From the human T2T-CHM13v2.0 reference genome, Homo sapiens: 64,000 nt of DNA. Shown here piece after piece: positions 39,555-53,750 of the stretch. Position 1 is the first letter of the stretch. The number at the start of each line of letters is the position of its first letter. The DNA lies in the NCBI RefSeq assembly GCF_009914755.1, contig NC_060937.1; one strand, 5' to 3'. The position numbers and the translations under genes are program-made. Below the pieces are notes generated by a model. That model worked only from the letters and a program-made list of their open reading frames with translations. It ran no database searches and was not told where the DNA came from.

Positions 39555-42290
39555 GACCTTAAAGATAGATTAAAAATACCCAATCTGAAGAACAGAGAGA
39601 AAAAAGATAAAAATAGGAAGAAGATGAGGACGAAGTAAAGGAAGAACAACAATGAAGTCCCAGGGACTGGTGGTTAATATCTAAAAGTCTGCCATGCATA
39701 CTACTGGAATCCTAGAAGAAAATAATAGGGTAGAAAAGTATTTGAAGAAATAATATGCAACAATGTCTAAAATTTGGAGAAATATATAGTTTTACAACTT
39801 AAGGAAGAGTAATAAACTTCAAACAAAATAAAGATAAGGCATACCTACCCCTATCTATAAGAGATAAACTTTAAAGAGACAGGTAGATTAACAGTAAATG
39901 AATAGAAGGATACATACCATGCAAACAGTAAATCTTAAGAGAGCTGTCATGACTATATTAACATCAGGCGAAGTAGACCTCAGGACAAAGAATAATGCCA
40001 AAGTAAAAAGGGACATTTCATAATGATAAAATACCCAATTCTCCAGGAAGATTTTTAGTTATAAATGTGTATGTATAATAACAGAGTTTCAAAATACCTG
40101 GAGCAAATATTGAAAGAATTAAAGGAAGAAATAGACAATACCACAATCATACTCAAAGAATTTAACATCCTTCTCTCAAACAATGGTAGAGCAGTTAGAC
40201 AAGAATTCAGTAAAGACATAAAACATATGAGTAACACTATCAACCATCTTACCCTAGTTGATATTTATAGAGTACTTCATCAAGCAACAGCACAATAAAC
40301 ATTCCTTTCAAGAGTACATGTTCACCAAGGGAGACTATATACTTGGCCATAAAGCAAGTCTCAATAAATTAAACAATATAAAATTGTACCAAATTCACTC
40401 TTTGTATACTATGGAATTAAATTAGAAATCAACAAGATAGAAAACCCCCAAATATTTGGAAATTAAATAGCAAATTTCTAAATATTATAATTATGTCTCA
40501 GAAAAGAAATTACAAGAAAAAATAGAAAATATATGAAAAAATGAAAATATTATAAACTATGCATCTAACAAAATCTAATATCCAGTATCTATAAGGAACT
40601 TAAACACATTTACAAGAAAAAAACAACCTCATTAAAAAGTGGGCAAAGGACATGAACAAACACTTTTCAAAATAAGACATCCATGCTGTCAACAAGCATA
40701 TGAAAAAAGCTCAATATCACCAATCGTTAGAGAAACGAAAATCAAAACTACAATGAATACCGCCTCACATCAGTCGGCATGATTATTACTAAAACGTCAA
40801 AAAATAACAGATGCTGGCAAGGTTGCAGAGAAAAAGGAATGCTTCTACACTGTTGGTGGGAGTGTAAATTAGTTTAACCATTGTGGAAAGCAGTGTGGCT
40901 ATTCCTCGAATAGCTAAAAACAGGACTGCCATTCAACCCAGGAATCTCATCACTGTATGTATACCCAAAGGAATATAAATAGTTCTATCATGAAAATACA
41001 TGCGTGTGTACGTTAATTGCAATACTATTAACAATAGCAAAGACGAAGAATCAATCTAAATACCCATCCATGGTAGACTGGATAAAGAAAATGTGGTACA
41101 TTTACATCATAATATTGAATACTATGCAGCCATAGTAAAAGAAAGAAAGAATGTCCTTTTCAGGAACATGGAGGTCATCAACCTTAGCAAAGTAACACAG
41201 GAACAGAAAACCAAATACCATGTGTTCTCACTTATAAGTGGCAGCTAAATAATGAGAACACATGGACACGTAAAGGGGAACAGCAGACACTGGGGCCTAC
41301 TTGAGGGTGGAGGGTGGGAGGAGGGAGAGGAGCAGAATAAATAACTATCGGGTACCAGGCTTAGTACCTGAGTGACAAGATAATTTGTAAAACAAACCCC
41401 CATGACATGAGTTTACCTATATAACAAATCTGCACATATACGCAGAACCTAAAATAAAAGTTAAAGAAAAGAAAGATGTATTTAAATTCGTGAAATGTAG
41501 CAAAAGCAATCCCTAGAGAAAATGTTATAGCTTTTAATGTTTAGATTACCAAAGAGGAATGATCTCAACTTGGTAGCCAAGATTCTGTTTCAAGAAGGAA
41601 GAAAAGAAAAACACAATAATTTCAAAGTAAATAAAAGAAAGGAAATAATTTTAAAAGGAAAGAAATTTAGCAGAGCCGATATTTGGAAAATACTCAGAAA
41701 AATTGATAAGCACTCAGTTGGAGAGAAAGGAGAAATGGAGAGGGAGAGAGAACACAAAGTATTAATACCACCAAGAATGAAGGAAAAATTGTTACTACAG
41801 ATCCTACAAATATTAAATGGATGAGAAGAAGTAGATACCAAAAATTTAGCAACTTGAGGTTAACAAATTCCTTGAAAAATACAACTTACATAATGTGAAA
41901 TCTGACACAAGGTAAAACTGAAATCTGAATAGCGCAATATCATGTTTCAGGATAATTTTCCACGTAGTTTCACAGGAAAAAAATTATCCAACATTTAATG
42001 AGTTTGTGGGGTGGGGGAACTCCAATCTCATACAAAATCTCTCAGAAAATAAAGAGAGCTCACTTCCCTATTTATTTTGTGAGGTCAATAAAACCTTAAT
42101 ACAAAAACCTGTCAAAGACATTTAAAAAGAAAAAACTGCTAGACTGATATCTCTCATGCACATAAAAGCAAAAATATTTAACAAAATATTAGCAAATTGA
42201 AATAGTCAAAATATAAAAAGATAATACATTATGACCAAATGGAGTTTATCCTAGGAATTCAAGATCAGTTTAACATTTGAAATTTAACCT
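39555..42290 (+). mobile_element. Ancient L1M: ORF1 end and ORF2 (EN to RT) remnant, interrupted by an L1PA
   Basis: The ORF at 40065 is L1 endonuclease-like (SKYLEQILKELKEEIDNTTII..FN). RT-adjacent motifs at 42050-42280. Confidence 0.75.
40549..41472 (+). mobile_element. 5'-truncated older L1PA (L1PA11-15-like) 3' end
   Basis: AAAAAGTGGGCAAAGGACATGAAC...GTTCTCACTTATAAGTG...GAACCTAAAATAAAAGTTAAA. Confidence 0.9.
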
Positions 42291-42294
42291 ATTA

Positions 42295-43155
42295 CAGGTA
42301 TACCTCATTTTATTATGCTTCACTTCATCGTGTTTCACAGATATTAAGGGTTTTTCTTTTTACAAATTTAAGGTTTGTGTCAACCTTGCATCAGCAAGTC
42401 TATTGGAGCCATTTTCTCAACAGCGTGTGCTTGTTTTGTGTCTCTGTGATCACATTTTGGTAATTCTTCCAATAATTCAAACTTTTTAATTATTATTATA
42501 TCTATTATGGTGATCTGTGATCAGTAATCCTTGATGTTACTATTGTAATTGTTTTAGGGCACCATAAGCCATGCCCATAGAAGATGACAGACTTGATGGA
42601 TCAATGTTGTGCGTGTTCCGACTGCCACACCAACTAGCCATTCCCCATCTCTCTCCCTTTCCTTGGGCCTCTAATTCCCTGAGACACAACAATATTGCAG
42701 TAAAGCCAATTAGTAACCCTACAGTGGCCTCTAAGTGTACAGGTGAAAGGAAAATGTCTCTCTTCCTTTAAATTGATGTCTCTTGCTTTAAAGTAAAAGC
42801 TAGCCATGATTAAACTTAGTGAGCAAGGCCTGTAAAAACCCAAGATGGGCCAAAAGCTACAGTTGCACCAAACTGTAAACCAAGATGTGAATGCAAAGAA
42901 AAAAATTCCTGAAGCAATTTAAAAGTGTTACTCCAGTAAACACACGAATGATAAGAAAGTGATTGCTTATTGCTGATATGGAGGAAGTTTGAATGGTCTG
43001 GATAGTAAATCAAACCATCCACAACATTCCCTTAAGCCAAAGCCTAACTCAGAGCAAGACCCTGACTCTTTTCAATTCTGTAAAGGCTAAGAAAGCTGCA
43101 GAAGAAATGCTTGGAACTAGCAGAGGTTGGTTTATGAAGTTTAATAGATGAAGCA
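42295..43155 (+). mobile_element. Tigger1, 5' portion
   Basis: TA followed by TIR CAGGTATACCTC; internal CCCTGAGACACAACAATATTG and CACAACATTCCCTTAAGCCAAAGCCTAA. Confidence 0.85.
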
Positions 43156-43794
43156 GTATAACATGTTAATGGTAGAATTTAGATGGTGAGTTCTTAACAT
43201 AAAATTATTTCAACTTTTCTATATGTCTGAAATTTTTCATAATAAAACATTGGGAAAAAAACCTCAGCAGTAACCACTGCCATTGTTTCAAACCTAGACT
43301 CACAAGATATTTTTTGGGAGAGGAGTATTTTATCACTGACATTGTTTAGAATTGCCAGTACATGGTGATAATAAAAAGCAGACCAACGTTCAGTCAGACT
43401 TATTCTTGTTTTTAAATTCTCAATGGCAATGCACATCTTATTGCCTGCACCCAGGGTAGGCCCTCCTACTGCTTTTGGTACATGATTAGTGTCATGGAAT
43501 TGGAAAAAGTGTAATGACAAGAACCTGCCTGATTCCAAAGTTCTTCCCATGCCAACAAACTCTTTCCACATTACCCTGCTACCTACACAGCAAATCATAC
43601 AAAGATGAAAAAGATACAAATCTTGCCTACAATGAGATCATAGTATAGTGGAGACAGATCCATACTTATATATTTGTGATACAAGATGAATATCATGTAT
43701 TTTCAAATAACATGCTGGAAGAAAATGGGGGAAAGTTTCTTGAAAGAGATAGTATCTGAGGTGTACTGTGTTGGCTACTTAAACTCATGCGATG

Positions 43795-43912
43795 TTCATA
43801 AGCTTAAGCTGAAAATTCTTAACATGATCTACAAGTTCTTAGGTGATCTGGTCCCTTTCTACCTCTCTATCCTCATTCTGGACATCTCCCAGTGAGCAGC
43901 CTCTAAAAAATA

Positions 43913-43965
<53 letters not shown>

Positions 43966-44343
43966 CACACAAACACTGGCCACACTGGCCTGATTTCTGT
44001 TCTTCTTATCATGTTCTTTCCTGCCTTGCGGCTTTACCAGGGACCTACCCTACCAGGAATGCTCTTCCTTTATTTCCTCCTCTCCTCCCACCTAGCTCAA
44101 TCCTACTCATTCTTCAGCAGTTAGATACAAGACTGCTTTCTCAGTAAATTCTTCTCGGACCTCTCAGGCTGGGTTGCTTCCCTTTTTTTCTTCTTTGGGA
44201 CACAGAACACAACTGTTACTATACCACTTCTGTGTAAATTTCATTGTGGTCCAGATTAGAAGATCTGCATCATCTGGAACCAAATTTGACTTGTTTCCAA
44301 CAGTAACCCAGTAGGCATTCAATAAATGTTTGTTGACTGAATA
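43795..44343 (+). mobile_element. L2 3' region with an embedded (CA)n
   Basis: GGCCACACTGGCC..., GGAATGCTCTTCC, terminal CAGTAGGCATTCAATAAATGTTTGTTGA. Confidence 0.7.
43915..43970. repeat. (AC)n microsatellite, ~28 units
   Basis: Directly visible. Confidence 0.95.
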
Positions 44344-47300
44344 GACCTTCATGGCCTAGTAGGTGAATCCATGAATGAACAAAGGGCAGGCCTTTAACAC
44401 TCAGTTATGAATGGAGATGAAGGCAAATGCCATCTGGAGACAGGCAAACCTTGAGCCAAAACCCAGACGGGGAAGGAATGAGAAGAGAAACAGAGACATG
44501 GGTGTTAGGTACTTTCTGAGACTGATTTTTTAACTCTCAAGAGGCTTTTGTGCTTATCCTGGAGGGGACCAGATATGAACTACCTTTTGTAAAAAATAGG
44601 TGGATTAGAGGAACGAGAGAGAATCTGCAAAAATTCTCTCACCAGCCATATCTCTAATTAAAGTTTCTAGGGAATGTTCTTTTTCTGCTACATCTCACAA
44701 CACCAAAGAGACCAAAACTGGGATGTGGCCAGATCCCTGAGAATTCTCACTTTCTTATCAGCACAGTCCAACCCTACCTAGTCCCTTTTGGCCAAATGCT
44801 TAGATACATAATGACACTAGACTCCCTGTTGGGGGCATGTAAAGCTTCCCAAAGAAATGATTCTAGATGCCTAGATTTTTTTTTTATTAAATCAGAAATG
44901 GGTTAATGAATGGTAGGGCATATAGAGAGAGAATGTGTAGAGAGTTGATCCCTGCCTTGTTGTCGAGACCACACACTAGTTCATTGATTTCTGCTCCATT
45001 TCCTTAGTCCTGACAGGAATTTAAATGTTTCAAGTTCTTTTAAGCCTGAAAATGTTTGAAAAGCTTTATTCCAAAAAGGTGCTTACACATTTTTTTCCTG
45101 CAGTATTTAGGCTTCTATTTATTGATCCCTTGGTACATTCCATCCTGATGATGGGCAAATGGGAAAAGGATGAAAACTGAAACGGTATGCACAACAACCT
45201 CAAACCATAATAGTGTAACAGTAAACCATTCTTTCAACATCTGGAATCCTGTGGGCAACTTTCCTAATAAGAAAATCAAGTCAATTTAAATCCATGTCCA
45301 CACAAAGACTTACAAACCATAGGCTTATTTCTTTTAATCTTTTCTGAAGTTTCTCTGTGACTAAACCTGAATTTCAATTTCCTGGTGTGCATAAAATTAG
45401 GATATTAGACTAATGGAGTTCTGCCTACTCCCATGACAGATAGAACAGGCATTGCTAATCACTTACAGAAAACTTCACAAAACAGTATACCAGGCAGTCA
45501 CTACCATTCCACTCAAGACTACACATGAGCTGAAATCTATTTGCTGTCCTGGAACAAAGAGGTCCCCAAGCCTTTTTATCGCTAATCTCTGAAGTCTATG
45601 GTTCTAAAGGAAGCCTATATGAGGCGATAGTCTCAAATATAGAAACATATAAATTTACAAGCTCTCAACTTAAGAACTTTCACAGATGCAAACAAATGAA
45701 CCAAAGCAAAAATGCATCCATTCTATTAAAAACCCTTATTTTAATAGTATTACTTTGATCTTATGAGTAAATGAAACCCCCAACCTTTTTGGACTGTTCC
45801 TGCTTATAAGTGAAAAGCCTTCTGTACGCCACACTTTTCTTTTCCATTATCCTCCTTACATCCTCAATTCTTCCTGAACTCATAGAAACACTTGGAACAG
45901 CCTTGTTCATCCTGGGCCCCTCTCCTCTCTACACTGTGGGCAACTGTGTCCCTACCACCACCTGCTTCCCCATCAAAATCTGTCTCAGAGAAGATCTAAT
46001 AAAGTCAGCCAAGCTGAGGTATAGCTGAAAGCTAACATCTAAACAATCTTCTCTTCTCAACGTATTTCTACTGTATTAGGAACAATGCTCCAAACAGAAG
46101 GGATGCATTTCTACTTGTAGAATTATTTTGTTTTCCAATTAGAAGAGTTAGAAAGTTATTTGGAAGAAGCAGCAGGGGAGAAGGGCCTTCTCAGTTCCCC
46201 TAAATTATTCCCTGAAGATGTATGCCTAATCCTCCTCCTCAAATGCCAGCTTTATATACATCTATTAAAATACCTGGAACATCTATTCTGAAGATATGGC
46301 TCATGAACCACCTAAATCAGAAAGCCATGGGTATTTGGGAAGTATGCAGATGATTGAGCTCTTTCCTCAAACTAAAAATCTAAATCTCTTGGGCTGGGCC
46401 CCAGGAATGTGCAATTCATCAAGCTTTCCTACTCTGACCAGGGGAGTTCTTATACAAAAATAAATTTCAGGACAACTGTTTCAAAGTAAAGGCTCAGTAC
46501 CTCTATCTACATCAACATTTACACTTTTCCTGTTTTATTGCTGTTTCCCAGCCAGATTATAAACTGCCTGAAAGCCAAGACCGTATCTCATATTTTAAGA
46601 ATTCCCCATAGCTGTTCCTACCTTAGCTTTTTAATAATTTTACATTTGAGGAGAGCTTTCTCAATTAATATCATAAAAGAAATAGCATTTCTCACTAGAA
46701 ACCATGATAATTCAATGAAGTGGGCATTAATCAGATATTTAAATTAAATATGAATTAAGTAAGAATCCAAAAACACAGTAACTCATTGGCCTTTGTCCAT
46801 TTTACAGACTTTTCTTTCAGTTTTTGCATGGGAGGGCCAAATGCACAGTACGTGCAAATTGTCAAACTTAGTATGCTCTTCAGTACATTAGTATGATTTT
46901 ATTATGTATTGCAGCCAAATTTACTTTCTTCAGAATTGGAAATGATCTCACATATAGATGTTCACTTTCAACAATTCCATGAGTACCTCTACCCAGTTAA
47001 ATAAATTTAAGCCATATTTATTTTGCCCTAAGATATTCAAAAAATTTTTCTAATATTACTTAAAATTGCTTGTCCCAGAATGGGACAAGTCTGTAAGATT
47101 GACAGGGAAGTTTAGGTACAAGAGATTTTTAAGGTTTTGGAACAAGAGTAATAGTATACAGATATATTTGTGTTTTCCAATTTTCTGAAAAAAAGGAATG
47201 CAATCAACGAATCAATAAAAGAGCAAAATTAAAAATTACTTGCTTTTTTATGTAAGAGCATTTGGTGGAAAGTTTATTGTCCTCTTATGTGTACTCTTCA

Positions 47301-47638
47301 AAATTGAAGACTATGGCATTTGCTTCTTTCTTCTTTTTTATGTTTAAAGAAACCCTAAAATGGCGTAATTGACCCAAGTTCTTTAGAAATCAGGCAACAC
47401 CTTCCACTTGCCCAAGGAGTGTAGATTTCTTGGAGTAGGGAACACCACTTTAAGGCTAACACAGGAAGCCACACTCAGGGTTCAAGGTTTATGATTTGTA
47501 TTTAATGTGGTTTGCAGCCCTGTTTTCTTTATGAAGGTGATGACTGAAGAGAAACTCTCAACCCCAAGGCACCAAGATGAAGTAGTTGCAAATACTGATG
47601 AGGTGGATGGGCGATCATCTGGGTCATTGTTCTGGTAG

Positions 47639-47840
47639 CAGGGGCCAGAAAACTAACTGTAAAGGGCCAGATAGGAAATATATTTGGCTTTTGGGGTTAA
47701 ACAGTCTTGGTTGTAACTACTCAACTCTGATGTTTTGTGAAAGCAGCCAGAGACAGTACATCCAAGAATGAGACTGTTTCCCAATAAAACATAACTTACA
47801 AAAACAGGTGACCCATGGGCTGAAGTTTGCTGACGTCCTA
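47639..47840 (-). mobile_element. MER58A (hAT-Charlie)
   Basis: CTGTAAAGGGCCAGATAG...CAACTCTG...CCAATAAAAC...TTACAAAAACAGG...AGTTTGCTGAC. Confidence 0.75.
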
Positions 47841-48089
47841 TATAGAGTATAAAAAACCCTCTTCGTGGGATGAGAAAGAGTCTAGCACTGATAAAACTCA
47901 TGTCTGGAATTCAGGGCAATACAGGATGCACCCCTCCAGAGGAGAGTCACTCTTCCTAAAAGGTGGCAAAAAGTTCTTACTGAAAGGGTTATGTATTGAG
48001 TGATCAGTGCTGTTGCTTTTCATAGTGAATAATTCTTTCTTCCCTTTAAATAGCCCTGTGGCTGAATCATTAATGGAATCTGTAAGAAA

Positions 48090-48090
48090 A

Positions 48091-48121
<31 letters not shown>

Positions 48122-48173
48122 AAGAAAAAGGCAGGCAGGCAGGCAGGCAGGCAGGCTGGCTGGCTGGCTGGCT
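48090..48173. repeat. Compound microsatellite (GA)n...(GGCA)n(GGCT)n
   Basis: Directly visible. Confidence 0.9.
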
Positions 48174-48334
48174 AGGTTATCCAAGGAAATGAATATATTC
48201 TGGTGGACAGGTTGTATGTGCACAGGCCTGTGGGACCAAGCAGGTTTGCTGACAGGGCATCTAAACAGAAGAGAAGGCTAGAGTGTCCCTGTGAATGTCT
48301 TTATAAACAGTGGTCAATACTGTGGGAAGGACTG

Positions 48335-48575
48335 TGAGCATGTGAGGTTAGTAGTTAAGAGTATAGGCTCTGGAGACAAACAGACCTAAGATTTAAATCC
48401 TGGCTCTATTCTTTACAGCTGTTAGGTCTTGAGCATGTCGCTCAACCTTCAAGCCTTAGTTTTCTCATCTGTAAAATGTGAGTAAGTATACCCTACCTTG
48501 CAGGATGTTTAAAAGGAATAAAAAGTATGTTGAACCTTTAACATAACATAGAGGCCCAGTAAATGGAAACCACTG
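48335..48575 (+). mobile_element. MIR SINE
   Basis: GTAGTTAAGAGTATAGGCTCTGGAG...CCTTAGTTTTCTCATCTGTAAAATG. Confidence 0.8.
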
Positions 48576-48847
48576 TAATTAATTAGACTTCGAGCAGGAA
48601 ATTTGTATTGAGAGCAACTAAGAATTAAAATATGATTAAGGATCTAAGAGAGTGAAGAACAAAGCAATAAGCTCATGCATTATACTTCCTTTCTAGAATT
48701 TTGTTTTCAAGGTTTGTTCATTGTTTCATTCAGCAAATGTTTCCGAAGCACCTATTATATTCCTGGCACTCTGCTGGGGTTACAAAAATCAATAAAGTTT
48801 CCTCACTTCTAAGGATAGAAAGTTAAAAGTGCTTTGGTGGCTGTGCT

Positions 48848-49405
48848 TGTTATGAAGCTATTGTCTTTTTGAGCTGCAAACTCATCCTTCCATACACTGC
48901 TTGGTGATGCTGGGAATGATACTCAGAAAACCGCTTTTCTCATTTGCCAGCTGTACCCTATCAGGCTCTGCCAATGGGTATATAAGGGAGACTGGAAGGC
49001 TAGAGGAAGGAGAAGGGATATATGCTTCTGTTCCCATTTGCTTTGTGTCATGTCAGCATGACCACCAGAAGGCTTCTTCACCCTGGCAGCAGCAATTTAC
49101 TTGCAGTGTTTCCACACTCTTAGACCCACTCAGCACTGATCTCTGATATATGAGCAAAGGTCTGAGTCAACCCCACAAGCCCTCTCTCCCACATTCTAAA
49201 TTTTATAAATCCCAACCTCTTAACTTGATTCCTCCAGCCCTAAGGATGGTAGCGACTTTCTACAGTTACTATCTCTATGTTATCTAAGTTTTCTTTCATT
49301 TGTCTTTTCGGTTCTCTAGCACCTGCTTAATGGTTCCTTATATTAAATTCACTCTGTTAAGGTTATTGGTGTGGTTTCTAACTCCTGACTGGCTTTTGAC
49401 CGTGT
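48848..49405 (+). mobile_element. LTR33-like ERVL LTR
   Basis: GTGATGCTGGG...TTGCCAGCTG...CTCTGCCAATGGG...GGGAGACTGGAAGGCTAGAGGAAGGAGAAG...TATATTAAATTC. Confidence 0.65.
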
Positions 49406-49584
49406 AAGTGTTAAACGTTAACTCACAAAGGTCTATTAGCAATTTCGCAAATTCTGTATCACAAGGAATAGGCTCAGTAAGCATACTTTTGTGGGTGAAC
49501 GCTTTAGACAAGAGAGGAAATCTTTTAAAGGTCCAACACTGTGAAAATAAAAAGCCAGTTTATAGAAAGGCAGAGTGAAGAGGC

Positions 49585-50530
49585 AATTCATGGAAATGGA
49601 GAAAATATTTACAAATTATATATCTAATAATGAATTAATATGCAAAATATATAAAGAACTCCTACGATTCAGCAACAGCAACAACAAACAATCCAATTAA
49701 AAAATGAACAAAGTACTTGAATAGACATTTCTCCAAAGAAGATATGCCAAGGTCCAAAAAGCACATAAAAAGATACTCAGCATCACTAATCATTACGGAA
49801 ATGCAGATCAAAACAACGTTGGACCACTTCACACCTATTAGGATGCCTATTATCCATAAATAGAGACCAAAAAGTGTTGGAGAGTATGTGGAGAAGTTGG
49901 GACCCTTGTCCACTGATGATGGAAATGTAAAATGGTGCAGCCATTATGGAAAACAATGTGGTGGTTCCTCAAAAAAGGCAAAAATAGAATTGCCATATGA
50001 CCCAGTAATTTCACTCCTAGGTGTATACCCAACAGAATTGAAAGCAGCAACTCTACAGATGCTTGTACACCTATGTTCACAGCAGCATTATTCACAAGCG
50101 GCAAAAGAAGAAAGCTACCCAAATGTCCACAGATGAATGAATAAACAAAATGTGGCATATACATAAAAAGTGATATTATTCAGCCTTAAGAAAGAAGAAA
50201 ATTCTGACACTGCACCATGGATGAACATTGAGGACATTATGTTAAGTGAAATAAACTGGTCACAGAAAAACAAATACTGTTTCATTCTACTTATATGAGG
50301 AAGTTAACATAGTCAGATTTGCTGACAGAAAGTAGAATGATGGTTATCAGGGGCTGGGAGGTTTGGGAAATGGGGAGTTAGTGTTTAACGGGTACAGAGT
50401 TTCAGTTTTGGGAGGTGGAAAAAGTTCTGGAGATAGATAGTGGTGATAATGTGAATACACTTAATGCCATCAAGCCATACACTTAGAGGTAGTAAATTTT
50501 ATGTATATTTTACAATATAAAAAAGAATAA
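49585..50530 (+). mobile_element. L1MB-like 3' end
   Basis: ORF2 C-terminal remnant (ELPYDPVISLLGVYP); 3'-UTR ATGGGGAGTTAGTGTTTAACGGGTACAGAGTTTCAGTT. Confidence 0.85.
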
Positions 50531-50989
50531 ATATATACACATTTGTGGTTGTTCTTCCTATAATATCCTTGTTAGAGGGATTATCTTGTCAAATATCCAG
50601 GCCTCAAATTTAAAATGCTGAAAGAAGTCATGACAAGCTGAAATGAAACCGAGTGACAGCACTGAAAGGAAATTTATCTTCCTGGTCTCTTTTTTCGATC
50701 CTCTTTGGGATGGGTATTTATGCCTCTGGTGGGTACTCTCTGAATGGCAGTGAATTTCCTGATTCTTTCAGTCTATTTAATAGGAAAGACAGGATATATA
50801 TTCAAAGGGAATTCAAATTAGAACAAGGGAAAGGAAACCAAAAGTTTAACTGTAGTCATAGCAAGGCAAATTTTTCAGATGGAAACTGAAACAATTTAAT
50901 AAATATTTTGAAAACCATGATGAAGCCAACTCTACTGTATATTTAGGGAACCGTAATGCCTAATAACTGTGTTCTAGACCAAGGCCATA

Positions 50990-51150
50990 GACAGCTGTGC
51001 TCCATCAACTTATTACTGATCTGTCTGCTTCGGTTTCCTTATTCACACAATGGAGATAATAGCAATCAATACTTCCTAAGGTCTTTAGCAGAATCAAGCT
51101 CTTAGAGTAGTACCTGGCACACAGTAAGTTCTGTGCAAGCATTTGTTAAA
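50990..51150 (+). mobile_element. MIR fragment
   Basis: CTTCGGTTTCCTTATTC...AATGGAGATAATAG...GTACCTGGCACACAGTAAG. Confidence 0.6.
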
Positions 51151-52280
51151 ACAAACAAATACATATTTATTTAATAGCAATTAATGTTGGCTAGGTATTT
51201 TTTACAACCTAATTTCATGTCCATTAACTCTTTTGATTCTTAAACAGTCCTACAATGAAAGGAAAATAGCTCAAGAAATGCTAAAAAATAACTGTTGCCT
51301 AGTTCAGCTAAGGCAACGTGATTTAATCCTTGCTGAGCCTTATTTTCTTTTACTTCCGAATCAGCTATCCTGTGGCCTTATTCTTCCATCACAGGTGTCA
51401 ATGGATAAATTTAATTTCCTGATAGAATAGGTAAGCTATCAAAATTCAGTCATTTTTATTTAAATTGAATCAATAAAATAAAGACATTTTGAACATTTGG
51501 GCATTTTTGACTAATACCTTCCCCTCTGAGTATGAATCACTTTTCAGTATTATACATGTACACATATACACTGCTTTCATTGGTGCAATTGTACTTTTTC
51601 TGGGCAAGTTCTATTTCAGCCCCATGAATTTTTTCCTAGATTTATCCCCTTATAATACACTTTTCTACTTCCACACTGTTTTTCAGAGCCTTCTAGGTGA
51701 AGATGACAGAAAGATGAAGAGAGGCAGCCTAGTAGATAGGACAGAAATGAATTTTGACACCAAAAAAGGATCAGCATTCAAACCCAAGCCTTGTCACTGA
51801 GCTGCAAGGCCTTGGGTGAGTTATCTGGCTTCTTCTAACCACAGTTTTCTCCGCATACATACATACATATTGTTATGTAATTATTATAAGCATCTGCTTG
51901 TGGAACGTACACACACACACACATGTATAGAGTGAATATAAGCATCTTTGTGAAAAATAAACCCTAAAATTACCCACAGACATAAATTTTCGTGCAATAT
52001 AACCAAAAGGTAATGATAATAAGAACCAGAATTCACGAAAGATAGAATTTTGATAATTTCTGAATGGGTTAGAATTGTTATTGTTAAGTAAAAGCAATCA
52101 TAGACGATTAAATCAATGCTTTCTGAGGTTAATTCTCAAGTTACTGTGGCTGTAATCTGTCTGCAGGTTGGGAAACTATATTGGGGAAAGGAGTGGACTT
52201 TGTGTGTAAAACTCATGTAAAAATATGAGGCATTCCATTTATGCTCTCCAAACAATACATATTTTAAAAAGAAAAGAAAA

Positions 52281-52284
<4 letters not shown>

Positions 52285-52324
<40 letters not shown>
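52285..52324. repeat. (TG)20 microsatellite
   Basis: Directly visible. Confidence 0.95.
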
Positions 52325-52325
<1 letters not shown>

Positions 52326-53636
52326 CAGAGAGGGAGAAAGTGGGTGTGTGCGCGCATTTGTGTGTGTGTGTTTGGGGGGCACATAAGATGGATGAATAAG
52401 CACAAAGAATGTGTTTTAGGATCACGAAATTTGGAAGATGAGAGGGACTGTGCAGATGCTCTCTCTCCCTCACCTCCTTTCATAGATGGAGAAGCCCAAA
52501 ATTTCACAGCCAGGTCAAACATCTAGTTGGAGCCAGTCACAGAACACAGGTTGTCACCACTTCCCATTCCGCCACTCATCTGATGCCCCTCTAGTGTCCT
52601 CGTCAGCCTGTGAGCCTGGGTTGTTTCTGTAAGTGATGATTTTGCATCCACACTCCCCCAGCCTATCCCAACGAGAAAGATGGGAGTTATAAACTTTGAC
52701 TTATGCAGTTGAATGAGACATTGTTTGATGGAAGTATGTGGGCGGGGAGGCTAACAAACAACCAATTGCCAACTCTTGAAGCAAACATGCTCTTTTTATC
52801 CCCCAATGTAGTTTTTGACACAATGAGCATGGCTTCCAATTTTTTTGCAAATGGGCATACTGGTGACCATGGCAACTGGCATGCTCAAAAGATGCCCTGT
52901 CAGGGGCTCTGAAAGGCCTAAAGACATTTGTATTAGGTGGGCATAGCCATCCTGGCTAGTGCTTAACAAACACCCAACTAGACCATGCTCCTCAAAATCA
53001 AGCGCACAAACATTTGTGTTTCATTAAACAGAAATTAATAAGACTCCAAGAGAAAGAAGCAAAGTTTTTTTGTGTGTACACAGCTGTGTTATGAAGTAAT
53101 ACAGAGAACGCTCATATGAATAATGATTACACATGTGTGTTCAATTTATTTCTTTTACTTCTTACACAGACTCCTTAAACTTTTTTTTTTTTTTTTTTTT
53201 TTTTGTATAGGTTGTTCAGAAATCAATCACAGGTTTCACAGCTGGCCAGGACAGGGATCTTGACTGCTGCTTTCACAGGACAGGGCCCCAATAGCACTTC
53301 TATATTTAGAAGCCACCCTGGGTCATTGGTAAATTATACTTTTAAAAATATAAATACTCTATTCCTTGATTATAAAGGACATGAGTCTAATGGTTTGACT
53401 CTACTAGAGAGGAACATAAATTTTTAAAAGTCCATGTCTAGAAATAGAGTCTCTAATTTTTTTAAAAGGATAAATATGGCTTTTGGAACAAATAAAGATG
53501 GAAAGAGTCACAAGCCATGCGGGTGTCCTCAGGTGACGGTCCTACCTCGGGTCCCTAGTCCCACCTTTTTTAAAGGATTGTTTGCTTCCTTATTATAGAG
53601 CCCAAGGAGGCTGGTCTAAGAGTCTGAATGTTTTTG

Positions 53637-53750
53637 AAGAAGAAAATGAGGAAGAGAGAATGAGAGACAGGGAGACAGAGAGAAAGCAAGAGAGAAGAAG
53701 TGGAAGGAGAAGGAGAAGAAAAAGAAGAGAGAATTGGAGAAAAGAGAGGC
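53637..53750. repeat. Purine-rich (GA) low-complexity tract
   Basis: Almost entirely A/G on the plus strand. Confidence 0.8.

Noticed and set aside
43194-43619. 141-aa minus-strand ORF in mostly unique DNA
   Set aside because: No recognisable domain, no supporting splice or promoter context, and its end runs into repeat-derived sequence.
52581-52600. CTCF-like GACACTAGAGGGGCATC on the minus strand
   Set aside because: An extra G shifts the core register relative to CCACYAGRKGGC, so the match is poor.
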